Shown here piece after piece: positions 43,101-58,532 of a stretch of DNA of 64,000 nt. A program made the position numbers and the translations under genes. The notes below the pieces were generated by a model. That model searched no databases, had not been told where the DNA came from, and worked only from the letters and a program-made list of their open reading frames with translations. The DNA is taken from assembly GCA_964016885.1 (NCBI GenBank), contig OZ024751.1, forward strand, positions 31,992,001 through 32,056,000, given 5' to 3'. Source of the DNA: Eledone cirrhosa. Taxonomy: Eukaryota. Each line of letters starts with the position of its first letter. The first letter of the stretch is position 1.

Positions 43101-43674
43101 TCTGTATTCATTAGGGTATAGAATTACGTACCTATATTTCTGTATCCCATAAAACATTAATTTTCCCCAACACTTGTTTTGGTTTAGGTCTATGTATGTG
43201 CCTCCTGGGTTAAGAAGGTTGTGGTGGATTGGTGGTGGTGGGGGTGGTGGGGGGTGGGGATAGAAAGAATGAAAGGAATCGATAAATATATCTATATTAC
43301 CATACAACAACAACAACATATAAGACAATGAAGAATAAAGAAATATAACAACGAAATAAAAATCTTACACAAAACAATACAAGAACATTCCTATCATGGT
43401 GATGGCAATATGATGATGATGATGATGACGATGATGATGATGCTAATGATGATGCTAACGATGATGATGATGTTGGCAGTGAATAATCTCACCCACCCCA
43501 TCAACACCGCCATCGTCGTCATCGGTATCATCGTCATCATCATCATCACTATCAGCTCACTACACAAACCCAGCAGATTCCTACCCTCCGAACCTCTTTC
43601 TACTTTCTATATAGTACATACATACATCAGAATACGTCTAGACACACACACACACACCCACACTCATATATATA

Positions 43675-43745
<71 letters not shown>

Positions 43746-44091
43746 TTATATTCATATGTATGTGTGTATATCTATATATATACACTCATAAATACATGCA
43801 TATATGTGTATATTTATATATATATATTCACACACACATACACACTTCCACACACATACACACACACATACACACACACACACCACATACACACATACAT
43901 GCATATACACATGTATAAGCTGCTGCTCTTACCATTAAAGATATATTCAGTGAAATGATGCAGAACGATGAAATAATTTTTATCTCCTGGTCTCATGAGA
44001 AGAAAGTCTATAAAATGGGGCTGATTGTTGGATAGGTTACAGTAATTTAATGGAAGATTATATATATTCATTTTATTAAGACTAAAATGTA

Positions 44092-44222
44092 ATCTTGTTA
44101 CTCTGGAGTTTGGCCTATTTATGACTGTGAGAAACAGGTGAAACTCCAGAGTAACAAGACTCACTATTTAGCCATAATAAATTGAATATTTAAACTCTAC
44201 TTTGGTATTAAGTACTCTACAT
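44092..44222. mobile_element. Family Q short inverted-repeat element with HHR remnant
   Basis: tcttgttactctggagttt / aaactccagagtaacaaga; plus strand ATGA-CTGT-gagaa-ACAG-gt-GAAACTC-ca-GAGTA. Confidence 0.6.
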
Positions 44223-44555
44223 ACTATATATATAGAAATAGCCGTCGAAACGGCTTGAGCTCTGCCGTCGGGGTCATACTTTTTCCTATTACCCACTCTA
44301 CTACCCTAAGTATTGAGTACTCTGGTGCGTTGTGGTCCATCTGGTCCCTTACCACAATTCCTTTGTTATATATATATATAGATAGATATAATACTTTTTC
44401 ATGACTAGAACTGTTTGTGTGTATGTGTGTATACACAGGTATACAACTATACACACATGCACACCCATATTATAGACCACAGTTGAATGACTTTATCATT
44501 AATTCAATGGAGTTCATCGATCGGAAAGACATTGAATAAAGAATATAGTGGTGAG

Positions 44556-44620
<65 letters not shown>

Positions 44621-44701
44621 CACAGATATGTACTTGAATATTAACACAAACACTTAGATGCATTAAATACAAACTCACATACACGTAATCATATATATAT
44701 A

Positions 44702-44759
<58 letters not shown>

Positions 44760-45100
44760 GAATAAACACGAATAGTGAATATGAAAAGGTTAAGACACTA
44801 TCTTTTTCTTATACATATTTCTACCTTCACATACATGATAGGACTGTTCAGAGGTGATAGACTAGCTGGCTCTACACACACTAATGCCCATACATTTAAT
44901 GAGTATAGGAAAATACATATTTAGCACATTCGAGAGGTTCTGCTTTAACAAAGCAGCCGCCACTAACATATGACTAGTTAACTTCCTAGATATACTATTA
45001 AACGTTGACACCGCTAAATACCAACTGAATGGACATCAATCGAGTTACTCAAGTACACAAAATAAAGATATTTTAACCATATTAGTCAGTAATTCAAATA

Positions 45101-45298
45101 CGAGGGTCAGCTGAAATGTTCATAGGCTGTCTAAGAGACTCTTCGGGAATGACCAAATGAGGTTTATTTTTCAACATATTCCCTGGAAAGAAACAAAGTA
45201 GTTATTAATAAGAAGAGTTGAAATTAATGCATGCAAAATTTCACAGCTCTAGCATCACTCCTTCATTGTCAGCCTATGAGCGTTTCAGCCAACCCTTG
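45101..45298. mobile_element. Mariner-derived MITE
   Basis: ta|CGAGGGTCAGCTGAAATGTTCATAGGCTG ... CAGCCTATGAGCGTTTCAGCCAACCCTTG imperfect TIRs. Confidence 0.7.
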
Positions 45299-45844
45299 TG
45301 GATCTATAAAATATCCTCACATAAGGCATCTTATGTGAAGAAGAAGATGCAGAGGATGATGATGATGAAGAAGAAAAAAAAATAATATCCTATCCAACCC
45401 CGAGTAGCATGGAAATAAACTTAGAAAACGTAATATCATCTAATTTAATTCGCCCTTAAAACCCCAACTCCCCCAAAACCTAGAAATTTCTAGGCCTTAA
45501 TCAAATAATTATTTCAACCAGCCATAAGTAGCCCACGTTGTTTGACAAAACAAGCATGAAGATACGTGAGAACTGAACGAAAAATATCGGAGGTATACTA
45601 ATGAATAAATTTCCAGTCGCAAGTCCGAACAACATTCAGGAAAGCAAATGTAACTACAGAGTAATACAGACTTGCCTTTTGCATGGAACATACTTAACAA
45701 AAGAAATTATATACGAAATGATTGTAAAAAACGGGTCACATAGAAAAATAAACTTTCTTTCTTTCTTTCCATTATTATTTTCTTCCGTGGACTGTTTGTG
45801 TGGTCTTCACTCGCATCCTCTTCTACACACTTTCCCCCTCTTTA

Positions 45845-45907
<63 letters not shown>

Positions 45908-46659
45908 CATCTCTTTATCTCTCTCTCTCTCTCATTATCATTACATGTCTCTCTCCCATCTCTCCCACCACATCATTACATGTCTCTCTCCTCCCTCCCA
46001 CCACACCACTTCACACCACTATCAAAACACTCATCAATTCTTGGTAAGCAAATCGTGTTAAAAATTGTTTTTAAAACCCTGGCTCGAGAATATTGTTGTT
46101 GTTGCTGTTGTTGTTGTTATAACCGTTGCTTTTATTATTTTTGTTGTTCAGTCCCCAGTCAGCCCTGATTGAGCGGGATAAACATATGCTCGGGGGCGTT
46201 CCAGCTACGACCATCTCGTCTTGTCTTCAGGAAGAGTGTTCTTAGGACGGAAAGTAGTGTGTGATTTTGGGGAGATTTGGCAGCTGTTTCCAACAAACCA
46301 AGCGACCCCTCTTGTGTAGTATAATGTAGTGTTTTGTGATGCAGCGTTACGAAGTGTTGTGTGGTGTTGTGTAGTAGTGTTGAGTTGTGTTGTGTTATGT
46401 GGTGTAGTGTTGTGTAGTGAGGTACTGTGTTGTGTAGTGTTTGTGTATACAACGTCACTGTCACCACCATCACCAGCACACACACACATAGACATACACA
46501 ACCTCCACCACTACAACCACCACCACTACCACCACCACCCGGCACCAACCTCTTCTATGGTGGTCTGGTCCTTCACCATGAAATATCTGGTCATTAGAAA
46601 CAGGATCAACACAACAACCAAAATATATTTAAAAAAAAAACATAATACACACACATATT

Positions 46660-46731
<72 letters not shown>

Positions 46732-47113
46732 CACACACACATATATATACATACATACATACATATATATATATGTATATATATATATATATCGACATTT
46801 AACTAAAAGAAACCCTTTGTGTGCATGTCTGGAGATCTATCTTGTCTTTCCTATCTCCGTTTCGCTCTTCAACCCAGTCTCCCCTCAAACCCGTCTCCCC
46901 CCAAACACGTCTCCCCTCAACCCTATCTACCACCTCTTACAGCCCCACTTGCTATGTTCTCCCTAATTGGTTGTTATTTACCAGTCAATCAATCCCCAGA
47001 TAATGCCCCCTGTTTGTTGGTTCTAATCACGTGACATCTATCATCGTCGTATTATTTTTTCCCAGACACTACCAGTTTCTCATCTTATCTTAGTATTTAA
47101 GATCTGTTGTGTG

Positions 47114-47149
<36 letters not shown>

Positions 47150-47532
47150 TGTATGTATGTATGTATGTATGTATGTATGTATGTATGTATGTATGTATGT
47201 ATGTGTGTGTATGTGGTTAGAATTGTTTAGGAAAGCCGGTAAAATACGAGTTAGAAATAAAGAAATAGAAACTGGATGATAAAACAAAACAATAGCTTAC
47301 ACTTGTACCTTATATTCCATTATAAAGGAAAATGTTTTCTGTTGTGTGAGTATGTATATATATATATATGTCGTAGATGTCTGAACAGCCAATTTCTTGC
47401 TATAGAGTTAGAATCGACCCCAGTACTGGACTGGTACTTTTTTTATCGACCTCAAAAGGATGAAAGGCAAAGTTGACCACGGCGGGATACCATAAAGCAT
47501 TCTATCTGACGTCTTAACAACTCTGCCAATGC

Positions 47533-48335
47533 CGTTTGGAGGACCGTTTTGCTGAACATTTGAGAGACATACGACTCGGTTTAGATACTCGCGTCGCCCA
47601 TCATTTCCGTTCTCCTGGTCACTCTTCCCTACATGTCTCAGTCCTGGGTGTCCTTTTACATCACGGTTCACAGGCCTCGCGCACCAGTACTGAACAGAGT
47701 CTGATTTACTGCCTTGGGTCCTGGTTCTCTCTTGGACTCAACTCCCCTCCCCAATTTCTTTAACACCCCGCCCTTTATCACACACGCACTTGTACATTCA
47801 CCCCTAGATTCCTACGGCTCTCTTATAGTCAGAAACATACCCTTACAGCTAATACAGACCAACAAAATACGTACACTCCATTTTTCCCTTCACAACTCTG
47901 TATACATACACAGACCTTTATATTAACATACTTTTACTCATAGCTTCGTACTTACAAGCACACACACACTTTTTTTATTTACATACACACACACATACCC
48001 TCTTAGCTTCGTACGGACGTATAATAATACACACACAAACACGCACAAGTATAGCTCTTTAGAGAAAAAGTTATTTTTTCCATTTCAGGTAGACGCGCTC
48101 CATCATCCTCTTTCTAAAAAAATATATATCATAAACAAAACGCCAGCATCTACAGTTTTCCAAGAGATGGCAACATGAATGGATCTGTTATTTTTCTCTA
48201 AAAACATTATTTTCAATCCACCTCACCCGTCTCTTCAATCTTTGTAATTTCTCATTCTTTCTTCTGTTGAAAGACGAGCGTCCGAAACGTTAAGGCCCTC
48301 TTCCTGCTATTTCAAGCGTTAAACTAATATATTTC
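47533..48335 (+). mobile_element. 5'-truncated Penelope-like element (second lineage): GIY-YIG C-terminus + 3' repeat with HHR
   Basis: LEDRFAEHLRDI...VAHHF..PGHS...R...EQ.LI..LG....GLN (47536-47763); CTGTTGA-a-agac-gagc-gtcc-GAAACGTTAAG at 48264-48294; abuts an S1-type SINE at 47405-47530. Confidence 0.85.
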
Positions 48336-48377
48336 TTTCAATATACTGTACCGAATGTGTTGTTATTTCTGTTTTCC

Positions 48378-48500
<123 letters not shown>

Positions 48501-48997
48501 CATAAGACAAACGAAATATATTAATTTATTCATTTCTTCAGTTCTTCATGCTATTCTATTCCCATGCGAGGAAAAAGTGAAATTCATACACGTGAATACT
48601 ATGTCCATATAGTTCGAGACACACATGAGAGAAACACGGTCACTCGAAGATGTCAGAAGTTGAGAAAAATACGTTTAAATACAAACATACGATTTTTTTT
48701 TTGAAAGGAGCGTTGAATGAATTATAAATTTGGAACGTGTGTTAGCTTGTAGTTGACTGATTGAACGCAGGTTTTTGGCTATGAAACATAGTCGACCATG
48801 TTGGGTGTATAAAACCTCAACATACCTGAAAAATTGAACAACTTCACCTGTGGGACACAAACCCACAGCTGCCGGACGCCAGACCACAGGTTTATATATA
48901 TGTTTTATGCATTTACACACCCATGCACATATATATATATATAATATATATAATATATTTTGTATTTTGTGTATATATATATGTATGTATGTATATA

Positions 48998-49098
<101 letters not shown>

Positions 49099-49869
49099 TG
49101 TTTTTTCTATCTTTCTTTGTTTCTTTCTTCCTTCTGTTTTTTTACAGAAATTATCTTTGTTTCTCAGTAAATGAATGTCGCCTTATTGGGAAAACATAAA
49201 AATAATGTTGTGTCTGCAAGGGTGAAAAATGGAATTATATATATATATATGTTTCATATTTACAATACGATGCATACATACATGTATATGCTTGCATACA
49301 CACACATACATACATACATATACATTCATACATACATACATACATATATATATGTATATATATACATATATGTACACACACGCATACATATATGAGAGTG
49401 AGAGAGAGAAACATACACACGCATATGCGCACATACATACACACTTATGTATGTATTTCTTCTAAGACTATTCACGGTTGCGGGGAGGGGGCGGTTAGAA
49501 AGGAAAAGCCTGAAGGAAACGAGAAAAAAATGCATGTTTGCGCGGGGATAATTCCCAGTTGGGTAATCCTTGAATAACACTTAACTCCACCATAGCATAT
49601 GAGGAGGAGGTAGTGGAAGAGGGATGTGTGGGTGAGAAGGGTGTGAAGGAACACTCCACCATAGCCTAAGAGGAGGTGGTAGAGGAGGAGAAGAAAGGGT
49701 GAGTGGGAGAGAAGAAGGTGGAGGTATGAGTGAGTTAGAAGGAGGAGATAGAAATGACGTGGGAGTAGGAGTGAAAGAACTGGACGTCAAAGAGGAAAAA
49801 GAATTTTGTGAAGCATTTTGTTTGGCGTTCTACCCTAACCATGTCACTCCATCACGCCAATAATAATTT

Positions 49870-50520
49870 TTTCTAATTTTAGCACAAGGTCAGCAATTTG
49901 GGGGAATGGGGAAATCGATTGTATCGACCCCAGTATTTAACTGGTACTTTATTTTATGGACCCCAGATGGGCGAAAGGAAAAGTTAACTTCGGCAGGACT
50001 TGAACTCAGAACATAGAAAGTTGTAACTAAATACCGCAAATTATTTTGGCCCGACGGCTCCACCGATTCTACTGATAATCTACCGCTCTCCCTTTCTTAA
50101 GTAATATTAATTTTCAACATAAGTACAAAGCCAGAAATTTGGGGGATGATTGAAATAATCGAAACCAATACTTGATTGGTGATTGGTTTTAGTGTATTAT
50201 CGACTCCGGGAATGATGAAATGAAAATTTACCCCGGCGAGATTTGAACTTAAAGAACGTAAAGAGCGGAAACAAATACCACAACGAATTTTGTACGATAA
50301 AAATGATAATAATATATTCTTATTTAGGCAGGAATTTGAGTAGAGGGGTTTGTTGATTAAATAAACACCAGTATTTGATTGTTGCTTTATTTTATCCAAC
50401 CTAGAAGGATGAAAGGCAACGTGGACCTTAATGGGATTTAAACTAAGAAGTTAAAGATTCGGAACTAAATGCAGCAAATCGTTTTTTTCCGGCGTTCTAA
50501 AGATTTAGCCAATCAACCGC
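49870..50520 (-). mobile_element. Three tandem diverged S1-type SINEs
   Basis: Recurring cccagtatt...ggtactttatttt...gatgaaag...gatttgaact motifs. Confidence 0.65.
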
Positions 50521-51038
50521 CCTAAAAATAATATTTTCTTTATTATTGCTACTAGTGCAACACACGAGGGGATACTATAAGGCCAAATTAACACGAGCGG
50601 TCGGGGGTTAGAATTAGGGTTACATAGAATCTGTTAAGAGAAAACAGGTGTAAAATAAAAGGAAATGAAATGAAACGTCTCCATAGGTGAACAGTCATCT
50701 GGAGCCAATCAGGGAACCTCATAGATCAAGGATTAACCTTCATACCAACGACAATTACCACTTTCCTGCTGTGTTCTCCAGTCCAGGTGTATGCTGAGTG
50801 TGTGGACGCAGCATGGGAGAATAGTTATGATGTCTCTTAGCAATCGCAAGGTTCTGGGTTCAATCCTACAGCATGATACATTGGGCAAATGACATTTACC
50901 ATAGTCTCGGGTTGACCTAAGCTTTGTGGGTGAAACTGGGCAGTTGGAAATTGTCTGGAAGTTCATCGACTGGACTGTACCTGTAACTGCAAGGGCCAGG
51001 GTTCTCACATACTGTCACTCTGTATCTTTCTGAGAATT

Positions 51039-51765
51039 ATGTTAAGCCAAGTGAATATTAATTTTATAAGTAGAAAACAGGAAAAAAACTATATTGAAAC
51101 AATAAATTTAGATAACATCACAACAAAAGAGTTAAAGAAACACAACATGAAAACAGAATTAGAAAACATAATAAAGAAGAATTGGAAAGAAAAACCATCC
51201 CATGACCAATACTCTACAAGATTTGACAAAGAAGAAATAAGCCAAAATGAAAGTCAGCAATGGCTCAAAAGCCTCGGACTAAAACCAAATAAGGAAAGCC
51301 TGATTCCCGAAGCAAAAGACGAATGTCTGGCATAAATATAAGAACAAACTATTAAAACCGATCCTAACACTAAATGCAGAATGAAACGGTTGACCACATC
51401 TGTATGTACTGAGCAATATAACAAAGGTTCGACATGAAAACAGACAAAAAGTGGTATAAACATATACCAAATATGGTGGTATATGACAACAACATGACTA
51501 CAATCATCTTGGATATGTCAGTACAAAATGACGAAGAAATCCAGGCAAACCGTCAAGACATAACAATTAGACTGGGAAAACATACAAAGGCATTCATAGA
51601 GATCACATTCATAGACATCATAAAAAAGGTGGGATAGACATGTCAAAGAATGTCAAGAAAAACCTACCAGGGATATGACAATACAAGTCGCCAGGTAGAT
51701 CAAAGCTAACCCACCGGATATTATAGTAAAAGAAAACACAAAGAAAAAAGTGTATTCTAATTGTC
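51039..51765 (+). pseudogene. Degenerate C-terminus of an R4/Dong-like (RLE-type) non-LTR retrotransposon
   Basis: WKEKPSHDQY...SQQWL...L...ESLI.EAKDE.L; KWYKHIP..V....IILD..VQND..IQANRQDI; a second IKANPPDIIVKE motif near 51695-51735. Confidence 0.7.
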
Positions 51766-51849
51766 ATTGTTTATTATTGTTAGTATAGATATTGTTATTG
51801 TTTTTGGTTTTTGTCTTGTGCCCAAATCAGAAGCCATTATTATTATTAT

Positions 51850-52240
51850 TGGATTGGCAGTATCGGTAGGGGGTCGGACGCCATGCTTTCCAGCATAGTT
51901 ACGTCCTTTTACGATCTGAGTTCAAATCCCGCCGAGGTTGACTTTGCCTTTCATCCTTACGGGGTCGATAAAATAAAGTACCAGTAATGCACTGGATAAT
52001 TGCTGGCCTTGTGCCTAAAGTAGAAACAATTATTATTATTATTATTTCAGGGCGGTGGATTGGCAGTATCGGTAGAGGGTCGGACGCCATGCTTTCCAGC
52101 ATAGTTACGTCCCTTTACAGTCTGAGTTCAAATCCCGCCGAGGTTAACTTTGCCTTTCATCCTTACGGGGTCGATAAATTAAAGTACCAGTAATGTATTG
52201 GGTAATTTGCTGGCCTTGTGCCTAAAGTAGAAACAATTAT
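51850..52240 (+). mobile_element. Two tandem young SINE S1 copies (51850-52040, 52049-52240) with (ATT)n
   Basis: A-box, B-box and body nearly identical to 22938-23123. Confidence 0.92.
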
Positions 52241-52310
52241 TTCTTCATAAGCCACGGATATAGTACAAAATGTGTCATACAAAATGGAGATTCTAAAACG
52301 TGAACCATAC

Positions 52311-52364
52311 CAGAGTTACCTTGGAAGTGATATATATATATATATCACTTCCAAGGTAACTCTG
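52311..52364. repeat. Perfect short palindrome centred on (AT)n
   Basis: cagagttaccttggaagtg(at)ncacttccaaggtaactctg. Confidence 0.9.
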
Positions 52365-52425
52365 TCTCGTGTTATTTTTACACTCTTCCCTACACCCTCT
52401 ACGTCTCATTTTACATTTCCTCTTA

Positions 52426-52504
<79 letters not shown>

Positions 52505-52657
52505 TTCTCTCTCTCTCCCTTTCTCTCTCTCTCTCTCATTACCACCTGATTCTGTTACCCGGAGATTTACCCATCTGCATTGTTGAGGCTTCCAAAACGA
52601 CCAATTTTATTATTCCACAATGCTTCAAGCAAACTTCAACACCCCTCTTCATCATTT

Positions 52658-52973
52658 TATCATCATCATCATTTTACATCCGCTTTTCCCTGCTTGCAAG
52701 GGTGGGACGGGCCCTATTCAGCACAGCATCTCTCCACTTGTCACGGTCCTTCGTCATCTCCACGGGAGCTTCAGCGATCTGAGGTCTGCTCTCACCACCT
52801 CCGCCCATGTTTTTCGTGTTCTTCCTCTACTACGTCTTCCTTCAACTGGCATTTCTTGCCACTTCTTCACCCACCGGTCATCCTCCATGCACATCACATG
52901 TCCATACCATCGCAGTCTCCTCTCCCGCACACTACAATTTATCTTTCTCAGACACAGTTTCTCTCTCAACACA

Positions 52974-52975
<2 letters not shown>
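52658..52975 (-). mobile_element. RTE-clade LINE 3' end
   Basis: VRERRLRWYGHV.....RWVKK.....VEGRRSRGRTRKTW; (ATG)n tail. Confidence 0.85.
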
Positions 52976-53023
<48 letters not shown>

Positions 53024-53204
53024 CATAAATATGTAATATGTAGATTCCCGAGTAGTTTCGGGGGGTAACCACAGTTAAAAAGGGGGCTCAATACATTGGT
53101 ACAGTATAGGTAACTTTATTGTATATAGAAATAACTGATGATTTCATACGTATATGAGTTATAGTCCCGTAGAAGTCATCTCTCTCTCTCTCACTCTCTC
53201 TCAT

Positions 53205-53330
<126 letters not shown>

Positions 53331-53534
53331 CGTGCGTGAAAATGGGCGTCCCAACGCAAATTAGCATAATAATTGTTTCTACTTTTGGCACAAGGTCAGC
53401 AATTATGCTAGTGTATTACTGGTACTTTATTTTATCGACCCCGTAATAGTCGATCATTGTAAGTAATAGTTGAGAAAAATCGAGCAGTGTTTGTTTTAAA
53501 TACCAGAGTATCTAGAACGTTTGCACCCCCCCCC

Positions 53535-53593
<59 letters not shown>

Positions 53594-54295
53594 GTATGTG
53601 TGTGTGTACAGAGATATATCTACATATTTAATAAACAGATATATTTAATGTTGCCTTGAAAGGAGGCCCTGTGGTTAAATCACCGAACATTTAGCAGCTT
53701 GGAACCCAGATCGAACCGATTAGTTTCATCTTACACTAAAGTCTCATTAGTAATCTCGTCTATGTGTGTTTTCTAAGCTGCTTCAGCAGTAAATAGTGTA
53801 AACTACTTAGAGAAATGGAACGAAACTTATGTGAAGCATAACAAAATCTACAAGGTCGATAGTAGATCGTTAATGACAACTAGATTACCTATATTGCGTC
53901 GCTTATGATTACATTTAGTATCAAATATGACATTAACGCACAGAAAGCCAACTAATTTATTCAAAATAATTGATTCTCTGCACAAGTAAATCAACCAGCT
54001 GAACTTGACATTATCAAACTACTCCGTCTGCTAGTGTATAATAAACATTAGGCTATTATAGAGGGTTTCCCAGCTTGGAACGGACGTCAACAGACAAACT
54101 ACTTCACAGATTTTCTAATATATATTAGTCTCTTCGTGGAAATATATAGCACGTAGGCAAGCATCTTCCCTCGTCGTACGCTGATAGTGTTCCGTACACT
54201 AAACCTTATGTGGTAGTGTACTAATCATCATCATCATCATCATCATTTAACGTCCATCTTCCACGCTAGCATGTTGATACATAATCACATATATA

Positions 54296-54374
54296 CAGGG
54301 TGTCTCCCCCAAAATATATACACACTTCAAAAGCATTCTAATCAAAGTGTGTATACATTATTTTGGGACACCCA

Positions 54375-54375
<1 letters not shown>
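54296..54375. mobile_element. Tc1/mariner-type MITE (same family as 4982-5079)
   Basis: ta|CAGGGTGTCTCCC...TGGGACACCCAG|ta. Confidence 0.75.
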
Positions 54376-54416
<41 letters not shown>

Positions 54417-54886
54417 GTTTGTCAGTCTGTGTTTCTTTCACTCTCTCTCATATACACCTAAGTCTTAAAACACCAAGGAACAGCGACGCCATACTTGATT
54501 GGGAGTGACCAAATTAATTGGATCTTATATATATATATATATATATTATATGTATATATATATAAATGTGTATATATATATATATGTGTATATGTGTATA
54601 TATATATATGTATATATATATGTATATATATATGTATATATATATATATGTGTATATATATATATATGTATATATATGTGTAGATATATATGTATATATA
54701 TATATGTGCATATATATATATAGAATAGAAAAGCAGAAATCAGTGATGCATCTGAACTCAATTTATTGTGTGTTACAATTGTTTCGCCGGCGGACAGCTC
54801 GAGACACGATCATTGTGTGATTCTCTCTGATTCTGGACCCGCAGGTTCGACGGACACGTCTAATGATTTCGGAGCAGCATATTCTC

Positions 54887-54969
<83 letters not shown>

Positions 54970-55009
54970 CACACACACATATATATATATATATGTATAT
55001 ATATATATC

Positions 55010-55576
55010 CCAGTACAACCTGTCTCATGGTCGGGTCATTGGCGACTAAACTGGCAACCCCACCAAGGTTTCTTGGTGAGGAGGGTGACTTTGGACATCC
55101 TGCAGGACTAAAAACAAAACCTGTCAAAGGGCAAAGGAGCTCTTAAGAGTCAATGGCCATCCAAAATCACCGGGAGAGATGGCCCCTTAGCCTTTGTCAA
55201 GGCAGAATTCTAGGAGAAGGAAAACTCTGATATAACACCTGCAACCCTGATGGTATCCAATGATGTTGATTTGTTCTTTTTTGGTAAATATCATCTTGGT
55301 TAAGAGAGTGGGACTGGCTTTGTGCAGTGCCTTTGCTCACTATAAAAGCTTCACGGCACAGGCATTGCTTTATATCTGGAGATCTCTCTGCACTTGTCAT
55401 CACATGGTACCATGGGCCCAGCACTATGTGTCAATAATTGTCACAAGTGTAGTGTTTGTACCAGAGTTTTCAAGTCGCTGGCTGGACTAAAAAGTCACGC
55501 TCGTTCAGCGCATCGGTAGGGGTTCTCCTACAGGGATATAAAGTAGTGGCCGTACTCGAAAACGAGTTGGCAGCCA

Positions 55577-55580
<4 letters not shown>
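55010..55580 (+). mobile_element. Family I repeat, longest copy
   Basis: Inverted homologue of 14963-15362; between (TA)n tracts. Confidence 0.75.
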
Positions 55581-55623
<43 letters not shown>

Positions 55624-55673
55624 AATTGTATGTATATATATATGTATATATAAATTGTATGTATATATATATA

Positions 55674-55771
<98 letters not shown>

Positions 55772-55833
55772 TGCATAGTTCTACTTAAATAAACGGAAGT
55801 GGTCAGTTACATGCGCATCTCTATTTATCTGTG

Positions 55834-55887
<54 letters not shown>

Positions 55888-55915
55888 TGTACATATATAT
55901 TTAAGTATATACATA

Positions 55916-55948
<33 letters not shown>

Positions 55949-56132
55949 ATGGGTGTGACCATCCGTAAGATCAACCATATCCGTTGAAACACAATTTCAC
56001 ATTAAGACTTTACCGAAGCAAATAAAAAATTGACATTAACGTCCAAAAGGATAGGTGTGGTGGAGAATATTTTGAACTAACTTAACAAGAAGGAATATTG
56101 GGAAAAATAATTACACACACATATATACACAC

Positions 56133-56177
<45 letters not shown>

Positions 56178-56331
56178 TTGCATACACACACAGAAAGAAA
56201 CATATACACACACAATAACAAGTGTTTATAGATTCATAGTCAAAGGCAGAATCAAGCATCACTCGTATGAGTAATTATCACACATATGTATAAATATATA
56301 ATATAGAAACAGTAACACATGTATATATACA

Positions 56332-56386
<55 letters not shown>

Positions 56387-57232
56387 AATCAAAGTCAGCA
56401 ATAGTCATATGAGTTAATTGCTGCCATTAAGTGCCTAGTGCCAAATGTGGTAAGTCTTTTGATAAATGGTTAACAGAAAAGTGCTGGCACCTGTTTCACG
56501 TCTCTCAACACCTTCTTTCTTTGCACAGTTGAATCTGGTACTTGTGTATTAATCAATGACCTTTATACAACAGGCACACATATATAAACATGTATGTATG
56601 TATGTATGTATGTATGTATGTATGTATGTATGTATGTATGTATGTATGTATGTATGTATGTATGTATGTATGTATGTATGTATGGGAGTGAAGGACCCCT
56701 AGCCTTTGTCAGGGCATTCTTCTAGGAGAAGGCAACTCAGGAAACTGGGATAACTCCGATATAAAACCTGCGGCTCAGTAGTTACCGATGATGTTGATCT
56801 TTTCTTCTTTTCGGGTTATAGCTACTGTCGCTCAGAGAGTGGGATTGGCTCAGTGCACAGTCTTTCCTCACTTTAAAAAATATCTTCACGCACAGGCATT
56901 GCACGATAGATAGAATTAATTAATAATTATTAATAATGGTATATCGTGCAATGGCCATACTCGATAACGAGGGGGCAGCCATCATGTATGTATGTATGTA
57001 TGCTCTTCTGGTTTTATAATTTCACAAATGTTTACCAATAGAGAGAGAGAGAGTCGGTTTCTAACATAGACACAATATTTTGTCAGTATGTCATATTTCC
57101 TGCCACTGGTGACGTTGTTAAGTCAATAAAATTCCCCTAAGGTCTGAAAAAAATCACTTATGAATAAAATATTCTTTCATCAATCAATTCATTCTATCTA
57201 ACTATCTATCTATCAATCTATTTGTCCATAGG

Positions 57233-57271
<39 letters not shown>

Positions 57272-57392
57272 AGTGCCTTCTACATCATTATATATATATA
57301 TATATATATATGTAGGAACAGATAGATAAAATGTCATGTCATAAAGTTTCTACATATGTTCCAATACGGACTTCGATTCTTTAAAATCTCTC

Positions 57393-57434
<42 letters not shown>

Positions 57435-57480
<46 letters not shown>

Positions 57481-58477
57481 TGTAGTTGTCTCTGTGTGTG
57501 TCCTCATTTTTGCAAAGTCTATACAAATCCACATTTCTACTCCGATTGACTTCAGACTTGCATTTATATATTCCTTGCGGTCTAAAGATATTAACTGCAG
57601 CTTTTATTTTCAATTTTATGTTGTTAAACGAACCAAAGTCTCGTCTTCCTGTTTTCTTTCGGCTGCAACGTTTATCGAAATATTTACTTCTGCGTTCACA
57701 GATTGTTTATTTTTAGTTTCATAAGATCCCGTTAAGGGTGAAAGTAGCGATTCTTTGCTTAAACTTTAATCTGTTATTTTAATATATAATATAAGCGAGG
57801 CAAGCCAGCCCAGTTGCCACTTCTTGCCAATAACATTAACTCTTTGTGCGCCATTCATCTAACTGTAGACCAACAAATACCAACTAAACGGAGCGTTGAC
57901 AAGAACCTTGACGAATGAATATTCGTGGTAAGCAGTTTCCTCCCGAGCTGTTAGTTCACGCGGGATTCTCTGCTACACCTTTTCGTAATAATACCGAACA
58001 ACGTATTGCTGGTCACTCCTTCCTCCAAAAGCCGTACAAAGCGGACATGTGCATCGGGCAGACGGATCGGGTGCAAATCTACACCAGGCCTACGCGAGAA
58101 ATTTGCAAGGGACTGCACCGAGAGAGAAAGAGTAACTTAGTGGAAATAGTGCGAATGAACTTTTGAGGTAAGTAGCCTACGCCTTACTACTATTGCACTG
58201 GAACCTTCTGCCAACTTAACCTGTGACTTTCTCTTTCATATTTACTCCAATAGGCCAAAAGAGAGGAGTATAAAAAGAAGGGGCTCAACAATATTTCTAT
58301 GAACAATGCACGTAGACAGCTAAACTGTACTTTCAACTTCTTAATTTTCTCCAAATAAAACAAGTTTCCTGTCGGTATATTTTCGTGAGTTTTTAACAGG
58401 CACTCACAAATAAACGTTTCCCATTGGAGGTGCTATTACCAATGTTCTTACCCGTGTAACGCTGGGATACACTGCTA

Positions 58478-58478
<1 letters not shown>
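57435..58478 (+). mobile_element. Probable non-autonomous Helitron containing a family C HHR module
   Basis: TC(TA)nAAACTG start like the other Helitrons; CCCGTGTAACGCTGGG-atacactg-CTAG|T end; family C at 57665-57783. Confidence 0.6.

Positions 58479-58532
<54 letters not shown>

Noticed and set aside
50600-50622. Telomere-like ggggttagaattagggtta
   Set aside because: Only one exact TTAGGG; not an array.
57915-58166. 83-aa ORF with nearby GT donor-like sites inside the putative Helitron
   Set aside because: No recognisable domain; a captured gene fragment cannot be supported without a homology search.
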